Sequence record: MK373782.1
Strand: one strand, 5' to 3'
DNA: 64,000 bases
Source of the DNA: Escherichia phage vB_EcoM_KAW3E185
Part shown: piece after piece, positions 1-10,315 of the stretch
Numbering within the stretch: position 1 is the stretch's first letter
Layout: each line of letters starts with the position of its first letter
The notes under the pieces: model-generated
Seen by the model: only the letters and a program-made list of their open reading frames with translations
Told to the model about the DNA's origin: nothing
Databases searched by the model: none
Position numbers and translations under genes: made by a program

Positions 1-1563
1 GTCAAAACGATAATCAACATCTAATGGTTCGTCAACAGAAAGATTAGGATTATGCAATGCCTCTTTAATTATTTCACCATTACGTTGAGCTGCAAGCATA
101 TAACCTTTATGTTCTTTACGTTGATTAAAGACCTTAGTGATTTCAGTTGGAACTACACCATCACGGTCTTTATAATACATCATGCCGTTAGGAGAACAAC
201 TGTACACATCTGAAGGACGTTCAGCGATTGCGTTAATATAATCATGCAATGGAGCTACTTTAAACGTTCCTGCTATTGTTTCCGGGCTAATATTCACTTG
301 GCGAATAATACTTGGATACAGAGATGTAAGGTCGAAACTCATTACATATTTGTATCGATTTGGAATAGGTTCCTTAACAAAAGCGCCAGGATAAGGTTGA
401 ACCGGGTGAGAACGACCTTGTGGAATCACCTTGTTTTGTTCTTTAAGGCTATTAAAAATAATAGCATCCCAAGTTTTAATTGGACTGAACACAGATTGAA
501 TCTGAATTTTAGCATAATAACCCATGTCCAAACTCAAGTTGATGAACTGACGCTTAGCATCAATTTGCAATACACGATACACGTCGATAATGTTATAAGA
601 AATATATCGTTGGTGATTGCTTTCACGAAGCTTAGAAATAGGGCCGTCATATTTCAGTTTACCAACGTTCAATTCAAATTCTGAAATGTAATCCAGAGAA
701 TACGACGGTTGGTTCGTGAAAGAGAACTTTTTGTAAAGGTCAATGTAATCAAGAACAGAGATACCGAACAATGTAATGATTTCACGAGAACCATACATGT
801 TTTCGATAACTTTAACACGAGTTTTACGATGTGGTGATAAACGTTTCGCAGTAGATTCGCCAAAAATATTCTTGATTCGGTTATACACATATGGAATATC
901 AAATGACTCAACGTTCCATCCAGTCAAAATGACAGGAGTTTTCTGTTGCCAGAAGTTGAGATATTCCATCAACAATTCTTTTTCGTTATCGAACGGCATA
1001 TAAATGATTTTATCGATAATTTCGGATGGAACTTCATCACCACCTTGTTCTTGAAGCTTAGCCGCAATTTCGATAGACCATTCTTCTACATTACCATATG
1101 GAGAATTCAATAGATCAAATACGTAGAACCTGTCGTCAATTGAGTCATAATGGGTGATAGCATCAATCGGATGTTTTGCTTGTGACGGCTCAGGGAACCC
1201 ATCCGGAGATGTTACTTCGATGTCGAAGTTAGCCACACGAATTTTTGTATGGTCGTATTTGATTTCATAGTTATAAGTGTCAGACAAATACGCCAATTTG
1301 AAATCGTCCATGCCAAGTGCTTCAAGTCCGATATCTTCCATGCGTTTAATCCATTGGGAGGCATCACGCATATTAGCGAACAACTTACGAGTACACGGCT
1401 TACCGTAGATATCGAAATATTTCGTAGCCTGACTTTCTGGACAATGAGCAAACAGTGATGGTTTATATTCTACTTCACGAGTACGTTCACGGCCATTAGA
1501 ATCGATGTAACGTTCAAAAATTGAATCACCAATCTGTTCAACCGTTAAGTAAAATTCTTTCAT
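1..1563 (-). CDS. 43: DNA polymerase gp43, N-terminal 521 codons (gene runs off the window edge)
   Basis: ATG at 1563-1561; translation begins MKEFYLTVEQIGDSIFERYID, matching my recollection of T4 gp43 (MKEFYISIETVGNNIVERYID); in frame to position 1; lies downstream of regA as in T4. Confidence 0.9.
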   Translation of the reverse strand, partial: MKEFYLTVEQIGDSIFERYIDSNGRERTREVEYKPSLFAHCPESQATKYFDIYGKPCTRKLFANMRDASQWIKRMEDIGLEALGMDDFKLAYLSDTYNYEIKYDHTKIRVANFDIEVTSPDGFPEPSQAKHPIDAITHYDSIDDRFYVFDLLNSPYGNVEEWSIEIAAKLQEQGGDEVPSEIIDKIIYMPFDNEKELLMEYLNFWQQKTPVILTGWNVESFDIPYVYNRIKNIFGESTAKRLSPHRKTRVKVIENMYGSREIITLFGISVLDYIDLYKKFSFTNQPSYSLDYISEFELNVGKLKYDGPISKLRESNHQRYISYNIIDVYRVLQIDAKRQFINLSLDMGYYAKIQIQSVFSPIKTWDAIIFNSLKEQNKVIPQGRSHPVQPYPGAFVKEPIPNRYKYVMSFDLTSLYPSIIRQVNISPETIAGTFKVAPLHDYINAIAERPSDVYSCSPNGMMYYKDRDGVVPTEITKVFNQRKEHKGYMLAAQRNGEIIKEALHNPNLSVDEPLDVDYRFD

Positions 1564-1644
1564 TTAATTTCCTTTAGACGAGTTATTGTCTTTTGTTTGT
1601 TGATGAACTTATTATACTCCAAATGGGACCGAAGTCCCATTGCT

Positions 1645-2013
1645 TTAATTACCAATTGTATATTTTGCTTTCAAAGTCCAGTCATCTTTCTGTTTAAAAG
1701 AGATAACACGGAAGTTATTAGTCAGGCCAAACAGATCTTCACGAGCAGAGTCTTCAATAACAATCAATCCCCAGTCTTCAAGCAACTGGGCAATCGAATC
1801 ACGTCGCTGATAGTCTTCACCGTTAATATCAACCTGACGTCCATCCATACGCAACATTTCTTTAAAGTGGACGATGTAGTATTTACCTTGCTTTTGGAGG
1901 ATATGACAGGACTGATAAAGAACTTTATCCTTGTTATTAGCGATGCCCATACGGGTCAAAGTCTCTTTGACTTTCAGAAAATCTTCGGGGTTCTTCAATT
2001 TAATTTCAATCAT
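1645..2013 (-). CDS. regA: translational repressor RegA (122 aa)
   Basis: ORF 1645..2022; ATG at 2013 gives MIEIKLKNPEDFLKVKETLTRMGIANNKDKVLYQSCHILQ..., near-identical to recalled T4 RegA and of the same length. Confidence 0.9.
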   Translation of the reverse strand: MIEIKLKNPEDFLKVKETLTRMGIANNKDKVLYQSCHILQKQGKYYIVHFKEMLRMDGRQVDINGEDYQRRDSIAQLLEDWGLIVIEDSAREDLFGLTNNFRVISFKQKDDWTLKAKYTIGN

Positions 2014-2015
2014 TT

Positions 2016-2579
2016 TTACCATTCCAATGCTAATTTTTTAAATTGTTTTTGTTCTTTTACATTTTTTGTAACTTCTTTGAGAAACTCATCAGTGACCATG
2101 GCCTTCAGTTCTTTAAGGACTATTGGCAACTTGTTATTTTTTTCAAGGAGCCGCTTATACTCGGTAGCATCATTCATGTTGATTGTGTAACGTTTCATCA
2201 ACAGTTTGATAACTAGTAACTCTGAAGTGTCTTCGACTAGTTTAGCCCATTTAGAGAATCGACGACCACGTGGAATTGCCGCCATCATATAGTTGAAGTG
2301 CGCTTCATCACTTAATTCAGAACCGACTAAGTTCATCATGTAAACAGCTGGCATACATTCCGGGAACTGGGATAATGAGTTCTCAACCATAAATTTTGAG
2401 TAGTCGACCTGAGCAATTGACATAGATTTCTTTTCATTAATAGCATTAATGATTTTAAAGAATTCATTCTCAGGTTTTTCTTTAAACATGTCAGCACATT
2501 TTTGAATCGCATCAGCGTCATTAGACTTCCATGCAATTTGGTGCTCGTTAAGTTGGACGTCATCATCAAATAAGTTCAT
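2016..2579 (-). CDS. 62: clamp loader small subunit gp62 (187 aa)
   Basis: ATG start; length and position between regA and 44 match T4 gp62. Confidence 0.85.
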   Translation of the reverse strand: MNLFDDDVQLNEHQIAWKSNDADAIQKCADMFKEKPENEFFKIINAINEKKSMSIAQVDYSKFMVENSLSQFPECMPAVYMMNLVGSELSDEAHFNYMMAAIPRGRRFSKWAKLVEDTSELLVIKLLMKRYTINMNDATEYKRLLEKNNKLPIVLKELKAMVTDEFLKEVTKNVKEQKQFKKLALEW

Positions 2580-2580
2580 A

Positions 2581-3543
2581 TTATTTCCAAGACAGTTCGC
2601 AGGTCAGTTGAAGAAGCATATACATAACATGTAATTCAATATTACTTGCTAATCCATGAAACTTATTATTTTCGCCTGCAATTTCATAAAGCGAAATAAT
2701 ACTTTTACCTGGCGCAACTTTGTCATAACACTCAGAAACTAATTTATCGATGAACCATGAATAATCTGCGGCATATTTTGGAGCTAATGCACGAAGCTGT
2801 TTGATATCTTTGTTCTTCATTGCTTCGATAACATCATCTACCGTGCCACGATCATTGGTTACAATCGACAAAATACCTGCATCAAGAACACCTTTAGACG
2901 AGTACTGGTCTAATTGACCAATTGTACGTCGAAAGTCTGGGAAGTTCTTTTTAACCAGAGCTGCAACAACTTTCATATCAGCGATTTCGATATTTTCGTT
3001 CTTACAGATTTCAACCATGCGATGAATCATTTTCTTCATCATTGAGATTTTATCTTCTTCGGTTGGACGTCCGAATTCGATAACTCGACAACGACTACGT
3101 AACGGTTCGATAATTCCATCGATGTTGTTGGCAGTAATAATAATAGAACAGTTACTAGAGAATTCTTCCATGAATGTACGAAGGTGACGTTGTGATTCAG
3201 CGAGGCCACTACGGTCAAATTCATCAATAACAATAACTTTAGGCTTGCCTTCCATTGAGACTGAACGAGCGAATGCAGTTAATGGACCACGCACAAAATC
3301 AATCTTACAATCAGAACCGTTGACGAACATCATTTCGGCATTGATATCATTACATAATGCTTTTGCTACGGTTGTTTTACCGGTACCAGGAGATGGAGAG
3401 TGTAAAATAATATGAGGAAGTTTTCCTTTAGATACTAAAGACTTGAATGTTTCATGGTCATACGCAGGCAGAATACATTCGTCAATGGAAGAAGGACGAT
3501 ATTTCTGTTCTAGAATGTGTTCTTTGGAATTGATAGTAATCAT
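2581..3543 (-). CDS. 44: clamp loader ATPase gp44 (320 aa)
   Basis: Walker A motif [15 protein letters not shown]; AAA+ clamp-loader layout; directly upstream of 62 as in T4. Confidence 0.9.
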   Translation of the reverse strand: MITINSKEHILEQKYRPSSIDECILPAYDHETFKSLVSKGKLPHIILHSPSPGTGKTTVAKALCNDINAEMMFVNGSDCKIDFVRGPLTAFARSVSMEGKPKVIVIDEFDRSGLAESQRHLRTFMEEFSSNCSIIITANNIDGIIEPLRSRCRVIEFGRPTEEDKISMMKKMIHRMVEICKNENIEIADMKVVAALVKKNFPDFRRTIGQLDQYSSKGVLDAGILSIVTNDRGTVDDVIEAMKNKDIKQLRALAPKYAADYSWFIDKLVSECYDKVAPGKSIISLYEIAGENNKFHGLASNIELHVMYMLLQLTCELSWK

Positions 3544-3618
3544 GTAATTTTCCTCATTATCATTAAACTGGAGGATTTCTCCTCCATAATCGTATCACAA
3601 TAAACGTAAAGCTTTGAC

Positions 3619-4305
3619 TTAGAAGTCGTGAGTAGAATCGGCTTCCATCGCAATAACATAACTTACTTGAGAGCTTTCAAACTTGGCTGCAACTTTATCA
3701 CCAGCTCCCCACAACATTACTTTATAGTTACCTGGCTGGATTTTCATATTAGCCATATTGATTACGAAGTTAAAGTTGTTAGAACCATCATAATCGGTAA
3801 GAGTCAAAGAATACTTAGGACGAGTTAGTCCGGAATCTTCAACTTTATTATAGCCATTGATAACAATTTTACCATCTTTATTTGTAATAGCAATTGTATC
3901 AATCTGAAGACCACGTGAAACTCGAAGCAATTGTTGAAGGTCTTCAGCTTTAATTTCAGTAATCACAGAAGCCACTGGGAATTGAATTGGCTTATTAGGA
4001 AAAACAATGGTGCTCTTGTCGGCAGCAGGCCAATAAACTGTGGAACGTGTATCTGCAATTTTAATATTGCCATCAGTATGCATTGAAATTTCGGCATCAT
4101 CAGACACTAGACTCAAAATGCTTAAGAAGCTATTCAAATCATAAAGTGCTACGTCAAAATCAATTTCATCAGAGATATTTGCTTCCGCATAAGTGGTGCC
4201 ATTAACTGCACGAGTCATAATAAATTTACCTTGACTCAGCAGAATGCCAGAGTTAATAGAGGCAAAGTTTTTCAGAATAGCGATAGTATCTTTAGACAGT
4301 TTCAT
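3619..4305 (-). CDS. 45: sliding clamp gp45 (228 aa)
   Basis: ATG at 4305 gives MKLSKDTIAILKNFASINSGI..., matching recalled T4 gp45 start and length; the ORF track extends 5 codons further upstream. Confidence 0.9.
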   Translation of the reverse strand: MKLSKDTIAILKNFASINSGILLSQGKFIMTRAVNGTTYAEANISDEIDFDVALYDLNSFLSILSLVSDDAEISMHTDGNIKIADTRSTVYWPAADKSTIVFPNKPIQFPVASVITEIKAEDLQQLLRVSRGLQIDTIAITNKDGKIVINGYNKVEDSGLTRPKYSLTLTDYDGSNNFNFVINMANMKIQPGNYKVMLWGAGDKVAAKFESSQVSYVIAMEADSTHDF

Positions 4306-4347
4306 TTTATTTCCTTTCAAGACAATTCAAAGTTTATAACAAATTTA

Positions 4348-4764
4348 TTATGCAGCAACCATCTGCTTTTTAATAGCTTCAGGCAGTGATTCAATATATT
4401 CTGGAATTTTAGAAGCAACAATTTCGCCAGCTGCAATTAGTTGTTCGTCGGCATCAACACAGTAAAAATCTTCAAGGCGTTCAGAACCGTCTTTATCAAG
4501 AACGATTTTAGCACCTGCTTCGATAGAATCTTTATAGTGCTTACGCATCAAATGAATCCACATATCAGACACATCGTTATCAATAAAACCATAAATCATA
4601 AAACGAGTTTCTTGTGGCAAAGATTGGAGTTTTTTAGCACTTGCGTCATCACAATGCAGGACCCATGCTTTACGAACACGATTATGGTTATGCGGGTTAG
4701 CGTCAGTACGGATAGAAGTAACTTTCAGATCAGCAGCGGTAAAACCTTTAGCAGTAGTAAACAT
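4348..4764 (-). CDS. rpbA: RNA polymerase-binding protein RpbA-like (138 aa)
   Basis: Assigned by position between 45 and 46 as in T4; ATG start; sequence identity not verified. Confidence 0.5.
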   Translation of the reverse strand: MFTTAKGFTAADLKVTSIRTDANPHNHNRVRKAWVLHCDDASAKKLQSLPQETRFMIYGFIDNDVSDMWIHLMRKHYKDSIEAGAKIVLDKDGSERLEDFYCVDADEQLIAAGEIVASKIPEYIESLPEAIKKQMVAA

Positions 4765-4776
4765 ATTATTTCTCTC

Positions 4777-4965
4777 TTATTCGTAGAAGTCGGTAACTGT
4801 CCATGCGGAATTGCGATTAGACATTATTTTATTATACTCATCTTTAAAAGCAGATTTGAGCATTTGTTCAGTGACAATATGTTCTTCACCTGAAAACGTA
4901 TTGGTCAAAACATATTTTTTAATTTCAGGGACAACGAGAAGATGTTGTCCAGTTGAATACTCCAT
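4777..4965 (-). CDS. hypothetical protein, 45.2 position (62 aa)
   Basis: ORF 4777..4977; internal ATG at 4965 with GGAGA upstream gives 62 aa, the size of T4 45.2. Confidence 0.45.
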   Translation of the reverse strand: MEYSTGQHLLVVPEIKKYVLTNTFSGEEHIVTEQMLKSAFKDEYNKIMSNRNSAWTVTDFYE

Positions 4966-5019
4966 GTTGTTCTCCATTTAATTTGATGTGGTCATTATAA
5001 CCACATCGTGTTAAAGCGT

Positions 5020-6708
5020 TTATGAAACAGTCATTACCGTAAATCGTCCAACTTTGCTCATTTGAAGATGTTGTCCATAAGCTTGTGGGTCATGGTCTCT
5101 GTGACTAATTATAAACACGTTTGCATCGGTTAGAGAGTTAAGAATTGTTGAAATGGCTTTAATACCTTCGGAATCAGTCGCGGAATCCATGACTTCGTCC
5201 ATAATTAATGTATTGATTCTAACACCAGAGACCTTTTCAGCAATATCTCGCCATGTAAACAACAATGCGATATCGATACGTGCCTTTTCACCTTGACTAA
5301 ATGAAGCATAACTGAACTCTTCACGACCGCGTGATTTTATAGATTCATTGAATTCTTCGTCAATAGAAAACACGTAATCAGCTTCCATGATTTTAAGATA
5401 ATGGTTAATCTGCTTGTTGAACAGAGGCACATATTTTTTAATGATAGCACCTTTAATACCAGAATCTTTTAACATATCTGTGATAATACCACGATGGTAT
5501 TTTTCAAGAACGATATCTGATTTTGTTTTAATGATTTTATCAAGTTCTTTTTGAAGCAAAGCTATCTCATCGGCATGGTCGATAAATTCTGCTGAGGCTT
5601 GCTCTATTGCAGCTTTAACTTTCTTAGCTTTATCAATAGTGGCAATCATTGCTTGTTTCTTGGTACGAATATCAGATGCAAGGTCCTGTTTAGTCTTAAC
5701 ATTAGCTCTATATTCATCAACTAGGACACTCAGATTATCTCTGTGACAGGTAAGTTGCTCGAATGAGTGATTACATTCATGAAGCTTATCGGTAATCTTA
5801 GAGACAATAGGGTCACCCTGGTGCAATTGTGATGCACAAGTAGGACATGTGCCACCGTCATGATACATCTTAATAACTTTGTTATATGAGTCGATTTTAG
5901 ATTTAATCAAGAATGCTTCTTGTCCTATCTTGTTGAATGCCTCAGTAGGGTCTTCATCAAGAACGATATTAAGTAGTCGCTCATTAGCTTCTTCGATTTC
6001 TGCTTTTAATGAACGAGCTTCTTTGGCTAGGTCGTCATACATATTCTGTAGACGCGCTACATTATCACCAGATAATTTCTTTTGACGTTCGATATTCTCA
6101 TTATAAATCTTAATTTGTTGGATAACACCATCTTTCTTGGCATCGAGAACTTGTCCCTGGGAATTAAGTTCTCGAACTTGAGACTTATTGATTTTATCCA
6201 TTTCAGCGAGTGTGCCGACTTCTAAAAGGTCTTCGACAAGTTTTCTACGAGCAGGGGTGCTAAGAGCCATGAAAGGGGTATACCCTGCCGTCCCAAGCAC
6301 AACGATCTGTTTAAAAGACGCGTATGACATTCCGATGCTACGTTCAAATTCTTCTTGGAAGTCACGACTGCTGGCAGATTCATCGAGACGAACACCGTCA
6401 ACGGAGATTTCGAAAATATTGGGCTTTTGGCCGCGTCTAATGAAGTATTTTTTATCATCGAATTCCATCCAAAGCTCAACTAAGAGCTCTTTCTTGTTCG
6501 TGCTATTAATGATTTGTCCTTTCTTAACATCACGAAATGGTTTACCGAAAAGTCCGAAAGTAATGGCTTCTAACATCGTAGATTTACCACCGCCATTTTT
6601 ACCAGTGATTAATGTCTTTTGGACTTTATCTAATTGGATATCAATAGGATTCCCACCTACCGACATGATGTTTTGATAACGAACACGATTTAATTTAAAT
6701 GATTTCAT
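5020..6708 (-). CDS. 46: recombination endonuclease subunit gp46 (SbcC/Rad50-like ATPase, 562 aa)
   Basis: N-terminal Walker A GKNGGGKST; long coiled-coil middle; central CPTC zinc hook; C-terminal ABC signature region; length matches T4 gp46. Confidence 0.9.
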   Translation of the reverse strand: MKSFKLNRVRYQNIMSVGGNPIDIQLDKVQKTLITGKNGGGKSTMLEAITFGLFGKPFRDVKKGQIINSTNKKELLVELWMEFDDKKYFIRRGQKPNIFEISVDGVRLDESASSRDFQEEFERSIGMSYASFKQIVVLGTAGYTPFMALSTPARRKLVEDLLEVGTLAEMDKINKSQVRELNSQGQVLDAKKDGVIQQIKIYNENIERQKKLSGDNVARLQNMYDDLAKEARSLKAEIEEANERLLNIVLDEDPTEAFNKIGQEAFLIKSKIDSYNKVIKMYHDGGTCPTCASQLHQGDPIVSKITDKLHECNHSFEQLTCHRDNLSVLVDEYRANVKTKQDLASDIRTKKQAMIATIDKAKKVKAAIEQASAEFIDHADEIALLQKELDKIIKTKSDIVLEKYHRGIITDMLKDSGIKGAIIKKYVPLFNKQINHYLKIMEADYVFSIDEEFNESIKSRGREEFSYASFSQGEKARIDIALLFTWRDIAEKVSGVRINTLIMDEVMDSATDSEGIKAISTILNSLTDANVFIISHRDHDPQAYGQHLQMSKVGRFTVMTVS

Positions 6709-6953
6709 ATGTATTCTCTTCGAATGAAGTCCTCTACATATTTTAACATGTCATCTCTATCAGCAAAATATTCATCTAGTTCCGCATACATAACAACACC
6801 TGGTGCATACTCGCAAGTAACATACATTGTTCCAAAGAAACGAGGAGTTGATTCCTCGTAATTCTCAGTCCATTCAACGATGCCAATATAACCGTCACCA
6901 ATACTAAATTCATGACGATGGATTTCATAATCAGTCTTCGTCATTATACGCAT
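6705..6953 (-). CDS. hypothetical protein, 46.1 position
   Basis: Small ORF between 47 and 46; ORF-track start is TTG, first ATG at 6953. Confidence 0.45.
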   Translation of the reverse strand: MRIMTKTDYEIHRHEFSIGDGYIGIVEWTENYEESTPRFFGTMYVTCEYAPGVVMYAELDEYFADRDDMLKYVEDFIRREYI

Positions 6954-7188
6954 CCTCAATACACGCTTCAGCCATTTTAAGAATAGAGCCGGGAGTATCG
7001 TTGTCCATTATATTAAAGCTAAATTCAATAGCCCAGTCGGTGCAGACATGAACTGCTTTAACTTCATTGCCTTCAACGCGTAATGGCTCAATCCAATACT
7101 TGATAGTGTTCTCGAATCCATCATCGTCTTTAACGTCCATTTCAACTTCAAGTCCAAGCCCAGCATTATTAAATTCATCTAAAGTCAT
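6931..7188 (-). CDS. hypothetical protein, 46.2 position (85 aa)
   Basis: ATG start; overlaps stop of gene 47 (ATGA-type junction). Confidence 0.5.
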   Translation of the reverse strand: MTLDEFNNAGLGLEVEMDVKDDDGFENTIKYWIEPLRVEGNEVKAVHVCTDWAIEFSFNIMDNDTPGSILKMAEACIEDAYNDED

Positions 7189-8204
7189 TGTGTTGCCTCA
7201 ATATAAAGTTCGTTGGAATATTTGACCAGCGCTTCTCTGTCTTCGTCTGAGATATCTGGAATCGCGTCAATATATTCTTTAATGATATCTTGAAGTGATT
7301 TAATCTCGATTTCCTGGTCATCATCAGATTCAACACTGTTATCAACTTTAGAAACCATACGAAGAGAGTGAACTACTTTTTCAAGTTCAGATTCAAACTT
7401 AGTCAACTCTGAATCAATTTCTGATACTATAACACGTACGGCTAGATTAGTATAATCAGAATAATTGATTTTGCCTTTAAACGGATAAGTGATTCGTCGA
7501 TGCCATGTTGTTTCATTAGGAATAAATTCCATACGTTCAACATCAGTGTCAAATACCCAGAATCCGCGCGGGTCGTTCTCATCGCCTGCAGTAAGGGTCC
7601 ATGGTGTCCCAATATATTTGACGTTAGCAGCTTCAGAGATTGTGTGGAAGTGGCCGGACCAGACTTGTTTATAGGTCTTTAAGAAATCAGGTTCAAGCCC
7701 ATGAGACTTCATTCCTTTATAGAAATAAAAGCCATTCAGTTCCCAGTGCCCAACACAATACGCTGCGGAAGAAGTCTTGATGTGCTCTAAGATTTCACCT
7801 GTATTTTCTTCACACATCCATGGAACGATATCAATCAGACATCCGTCAAAATCTACAGTAGTTGGATGTTCGTAAATAGTAAAGTTTTCAAATTGAGTTA
7901 ACAATTCAGAAACAGTGTTAGGTGTTATTGTATTCTTAAACGCCATGTCATGGTTTCCTATCGTGACATGAACGTGAATGCCTGCTTTAGAAATCATATC
8001 AACGATTTCACGATTGAATTCCATTGTACGATGTGTTATTGCTTTACGGACGTCAAACCAATCACCATACTGAATCCAAGTTTTAATCCCGTGTTTCTTA
8101 GAGTATTCAATTGCTTGACGAATACCATCACGTTGAATATCTTGAACCCATGGGTCGTCTTGTTTGACTCCGATATGGAAGTCGCCTAAGTGCAAAATTT
8201 TCAT
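7185..8204 (-). CDS. 47: recombination endonuclease subunit gp47 (SbcD/Mre11-like, 339 aa)
   Basis: Calcineurin-like phosphoesterase motifs (LHLGDFH near N-terminus, GNHD, GHWE, GHFH); length matches T4 gp47. Confidence 0.9.
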   Translation of the reverse strand: MKILHLGDFHIGVKQDDPWVQDIQRDGIRQAIEYSKKHGIKTWIQYGDWFDVRKAITHRTMEFNREIVDMISKAGIHVHVTIGNHDMAFKNTITPNTVSELLTQFENFTIYEHPTTVDFDGCLIDIVPWMCEENTGEILEHIKTSSAAYCVGHWELNGFYFYKGMKSHGLEPDFLKTYKQVWSGHFHTISEAANVKYIGTPWTLTAGDENDPRGFWVFDTDVERMEFIPNETTWHRRITYPFKGKINYSDYTNLAVRVIVSEIDSELTKFESELEKVVHSLRMVSKVDNSVESDDDQEIEIKSLQDIIKEYIDAIPDISDEDREALVKYSNELYIEATQ

Positions 8205-8250
8205 ATTATTTCCTCATTAGTTAATTCATTTTATCATCCGTTTATAAAGC

Positions 8251-8274
8251 AAAAAAGGAACTCCGAAGAGTTCC
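8251..8274 (-). terminator. rho-independent terminator (minus-strand RNA)
   Basis: Hairpin GGAACTC-ttcg-GAGTTCC followed on the minus-strand RNA by a run of six U (plus-strand A-run 8251-8256). Confidence 0.5.
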
Positions 8275-8447
8275 TATCCACATAGTACACCGTACAGAGG
8301 CTCATTTGAACTTTTAAATCGAATGGGCTTGTATGTAATAGTTCCTTCGGCTTTAGCTTTATCATAAGACTCTTTAAAACGTCTCATTCTTTCTGCTTTG
8401 CCTTTACGGATTTTATCGAAATTTTCAGAAGTCGGGATGTTCGTCAT
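8274..8447 (-). CDS. hypothetical protein (57 aa), 47.1 position
   Basis: ATG at 8447 preceded by GAGAGGTG; below the 60-aa ORF-track threshold; stop codon abuts the terminator hairpin. Confidence 0.4.
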   Translation of the reverse strand: MTNIPTSENFDKIRKGKAERMRRFKESYDKAKAEGTITYKPIRFKSSNEPLYGVLCG

Positions 8448-8486
8448 GCATAAGCACCTCTCAGAAAATGCCTAAATCAATTTCTC

Positions 8487-8693
8487 TCATCGTTTCCACC
8501 ATTTCTTAACTTGAAATGAATCGACCCACACGAGTTGTTTTGGGTCTGCCTTTACAATAGGCGGACAAATTTCTGTAATAGAACCGTCGTGATATTCCTT
8601 TTCAGAAATTTTAACACAAAGAGGACCTCCCAATTTAAGGGTGAACCCTGCGTTCAGCTTCAGACGTTTAAACTTTGTTTGAACTAGCGCCAT
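8487..8693 (-). CDS. hypothetical protein (68 aa)
   Basis: ORF 8487..8708 starts at TTG; first ATG at 8693. Confidence 0.4.
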   Translation of the reverse strand: MALVQTKFKRLKLNAGFTLKLGGPLCVKISEKEYHDGSITEICPPIVKADPKQLVWVDSFQVKKWWKR

Positions 8694-8991
8694 TAATGAT
8701 GTCCTCAATAGCCTGACGAGTAGTAACCCACTGGATTTTAATTAACTTGTCATTATATGGTTGTCGTAGAATATCCCGAGATTTCTTAATAGCATATTCG
8801 TAAGCTTCGAAGTTGTTTTGAATTGCTGCTTCTTGAGCATGAGCATAAAGGCGGTTTAGTTCAAAACGATTCTTTTTAAGAATCTTTTCGGATTTTTTAC
8901 GTGCTTCAGCTTCATTTTTCTTTTGGATTTCTTGTAGCATTTTAGCTACTGCATCTTCTGTTTCTTTATTTTCAATAATCTCGGTAGTCAT
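8668..8991 (-). CDS. hypothetical protein (107 aa), charged and helical
   Basis: ATG start; sits where T4 carries alpha-gt and its flanking small ORFs. Confidence 0.5.
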   Translation of the reverse strand: MTTEIIENKETEDAVAKMLQEIQKKNEAEARKKSEKILKKNRFELNRLYAHAQEAAIQNNFEAYEYAIKKSRDILRQPYNDKLIKIQWVTTRQAIEDIINGASSNKV

Positions 8992-8992
8992 A

Positions 8993-9208
8993 TTATCTCA
9001 TTAAATTAAAATAAAAACGTCCATCCTCTTCAATACAGAACTCATACTCAACCGGAGTCCCATTTATCGAAAATGACACGTCATGTGGGTTCAAAGGGTC
9101 GATGTCAAAATTAATTTTAAATTCACGACCCAACAGTTTTACTAAATAAGGGATTGCTTCGTCAAAAGGTTCTTCTAAGTAGTTAGAGATGTCAATTGTC
9201 ATCCTCAT
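8993..9208 (-). CDS. hypothetical protein (about 71 aa)
   Basis: ORF 8993..9286 overlaps the end of gene 55; internal ATG at 9208 chosen. Confidence 0.4.
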   Translation of the reverse strand: MRMTIDISNYLEEPFDEAIPYLVKLLGREFKINFDIDPLNPHDVSFSINGTPVEYEFCIEEDGRFYFNLMR

Positions 9209-9749
9209 ATAAAAAATCCAAACTAGGCGAATCGCTAACAACTTCCTTCTTTTCAGCCCCAGGAGCTTTATAAGCGGATTCTTCATAATGCGTCATTTTA
9301 TCGTAGATGTCTTGAATAAACGTTTCATCTACCAACGCTACCATATCATCGTCATGACTGTCGTAGACATTATGAACGAAGTAACTATATTTCTTTGCAA
9401 CTTCCTTACGTTCTTTTTTGATACGTTGGACAAAAGCATTAAAACAAGCTCGAGTTATGTATGCATGTGGGTTATTGTACTTAGTTTCGTCGAAATTATG
9501 AAGTCCCTTAATAGAGGCTTCAATCCCATCTGCAATCATCTCCTGCTTCCAAGACTGGGTATATCCTGAAAAGTTGAAACGTTTAGACAGGCCTTCGGCA
9601 ATAAGCATAATTGCTAAACCGATGGTATCATTCTGACGAATAATTTTGTTTGGGTCTTTATTATTTAAGAGCTCCTTTTTCCACTCGATTATAGCGGCGA
9701 GAAGCTCTTTATTATTCACATAGTTATTTTTAGGTTTTTGTTCAGTCAT
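9192..9749 (-). CDS. 55: late-transcription sigma factor gp55 (185 aa)
   Basis: ATG at 9749 preceded by GAGG; translation [35 protein letters not shown]... matches recalled T4 gp55 and its length; ORF-track start at 9767 is TTG. Confidence 0.9.
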   Translation of the reverse strand: MTEQKPKNNYVNNKELLAAIIEWKKELLNNKDPNKIIRQNDTIGLAIMLIAEGLSKRFNFSGYTQSWKQEMIADGIEASIKGLHNFDETKYNNPHAYITRACFNAFVQRIKKERKEVAKKYSYFVHNVYDSHDDDMVALVDETFIQDIYDKMTHYEESAYKAPGAEKKEVVSDSPSLDFLYEDDN

Positions 9750-9821
9750 AAGTACCTCTTGGCTCAATTCATAGGTCTATTATATCATAATATTTAGAGA
9801 CCTATCTTAAAGCACGAGATA

Positions 9822-10091
9822 CTATCGGAGCAAACAATAAGCCTGAAACACCTTTTTCATTAAACGTTTGAACTCATAGATATCGATATAAAGCTCAGTA
9901 AGACCGGCGTTATAAAGAAAATCTAAAAAGTTCTCATGCGTTTCGTTATAGTCGCCTTCATTTAATTGAGATACATGAGTTTCCCAAAAACCAACACCTT
10001 TAACGAATGGAAAATACGTGACTTTCATGTATTCGTCAACATAAAATTCGCCCAGATTTTCTTCAGTTATACTGATTCGAGTTAATTTCAT
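9822..10091 (-). CDS. hypothetical protein (89 aa)
   Basis: ATG start; part of the small-ORF block between 55 and nrdH. Confidence 0.5.
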   Translation of the reverse strand: MKLTRISITEENLGEFYVDEYMKVTYFPFVKGVGFWETHVSQLNEGDYNETHENFLDFLYNAGLTELYIDIYEFKRLMKKVFQAYCLLR

Positions 10092-10315
10092 TCTAGTTCC
10101 TTTGCTGCTTCAAGAGCAGCATCCAGTGAATCAAATTGGTCAACGAAATCAATATTCAACGCATCGTCAGCCGTAGCATATAACCACCATTGTTTGAATT
10201 CGTATTCTAGGATAAATCCGGGCCCTTCAATCTGAGGAAGACCTAGGCTATTTGTACCAACTTCGTAACCAGCTAGACGCAGATCATTAATCAAAGTTTC
10301 TGTTAATACGCTCAT
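10088..10315 (-). CDS. hypothetical protein (75 aa), acidic
   Basis: ATG start; 4-nt overlap with the downstream gene. Confidence 0.5.
   Translation of the reverse strand: MSVLTETLINDLRLAGYEVGTNSLGLPQIEGPGFILEYEFKQWWLYATADDALNIDFVDQFDSLDAALEAAKELE

Noticed and set aside
244-684. Plus-strand ORF of 146 aa (and similar plus-strand ORFs at 776, 1249, 1597, 4441, 6188, 9288, 10507, 11218 and others) inside the minus-strand gene block
   Set aside because: Each lies within or antisense to a well-supported minus-strand gene (gp43, gp46, gp55 and so on); low-complexity translations with no start context; typical antisense noise in AT-rich DNA.
9770-9821. Possible MotA-dependent middle promoter for gene 55 (TGCTTTA box upstream of TATAAT)
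   Set aside because: Box-to-hexamer spacing is 15-23 nt rather than 11-13 nt; an inverted repeat with TATAAT in the loop is present, but promoter class is unresolved.
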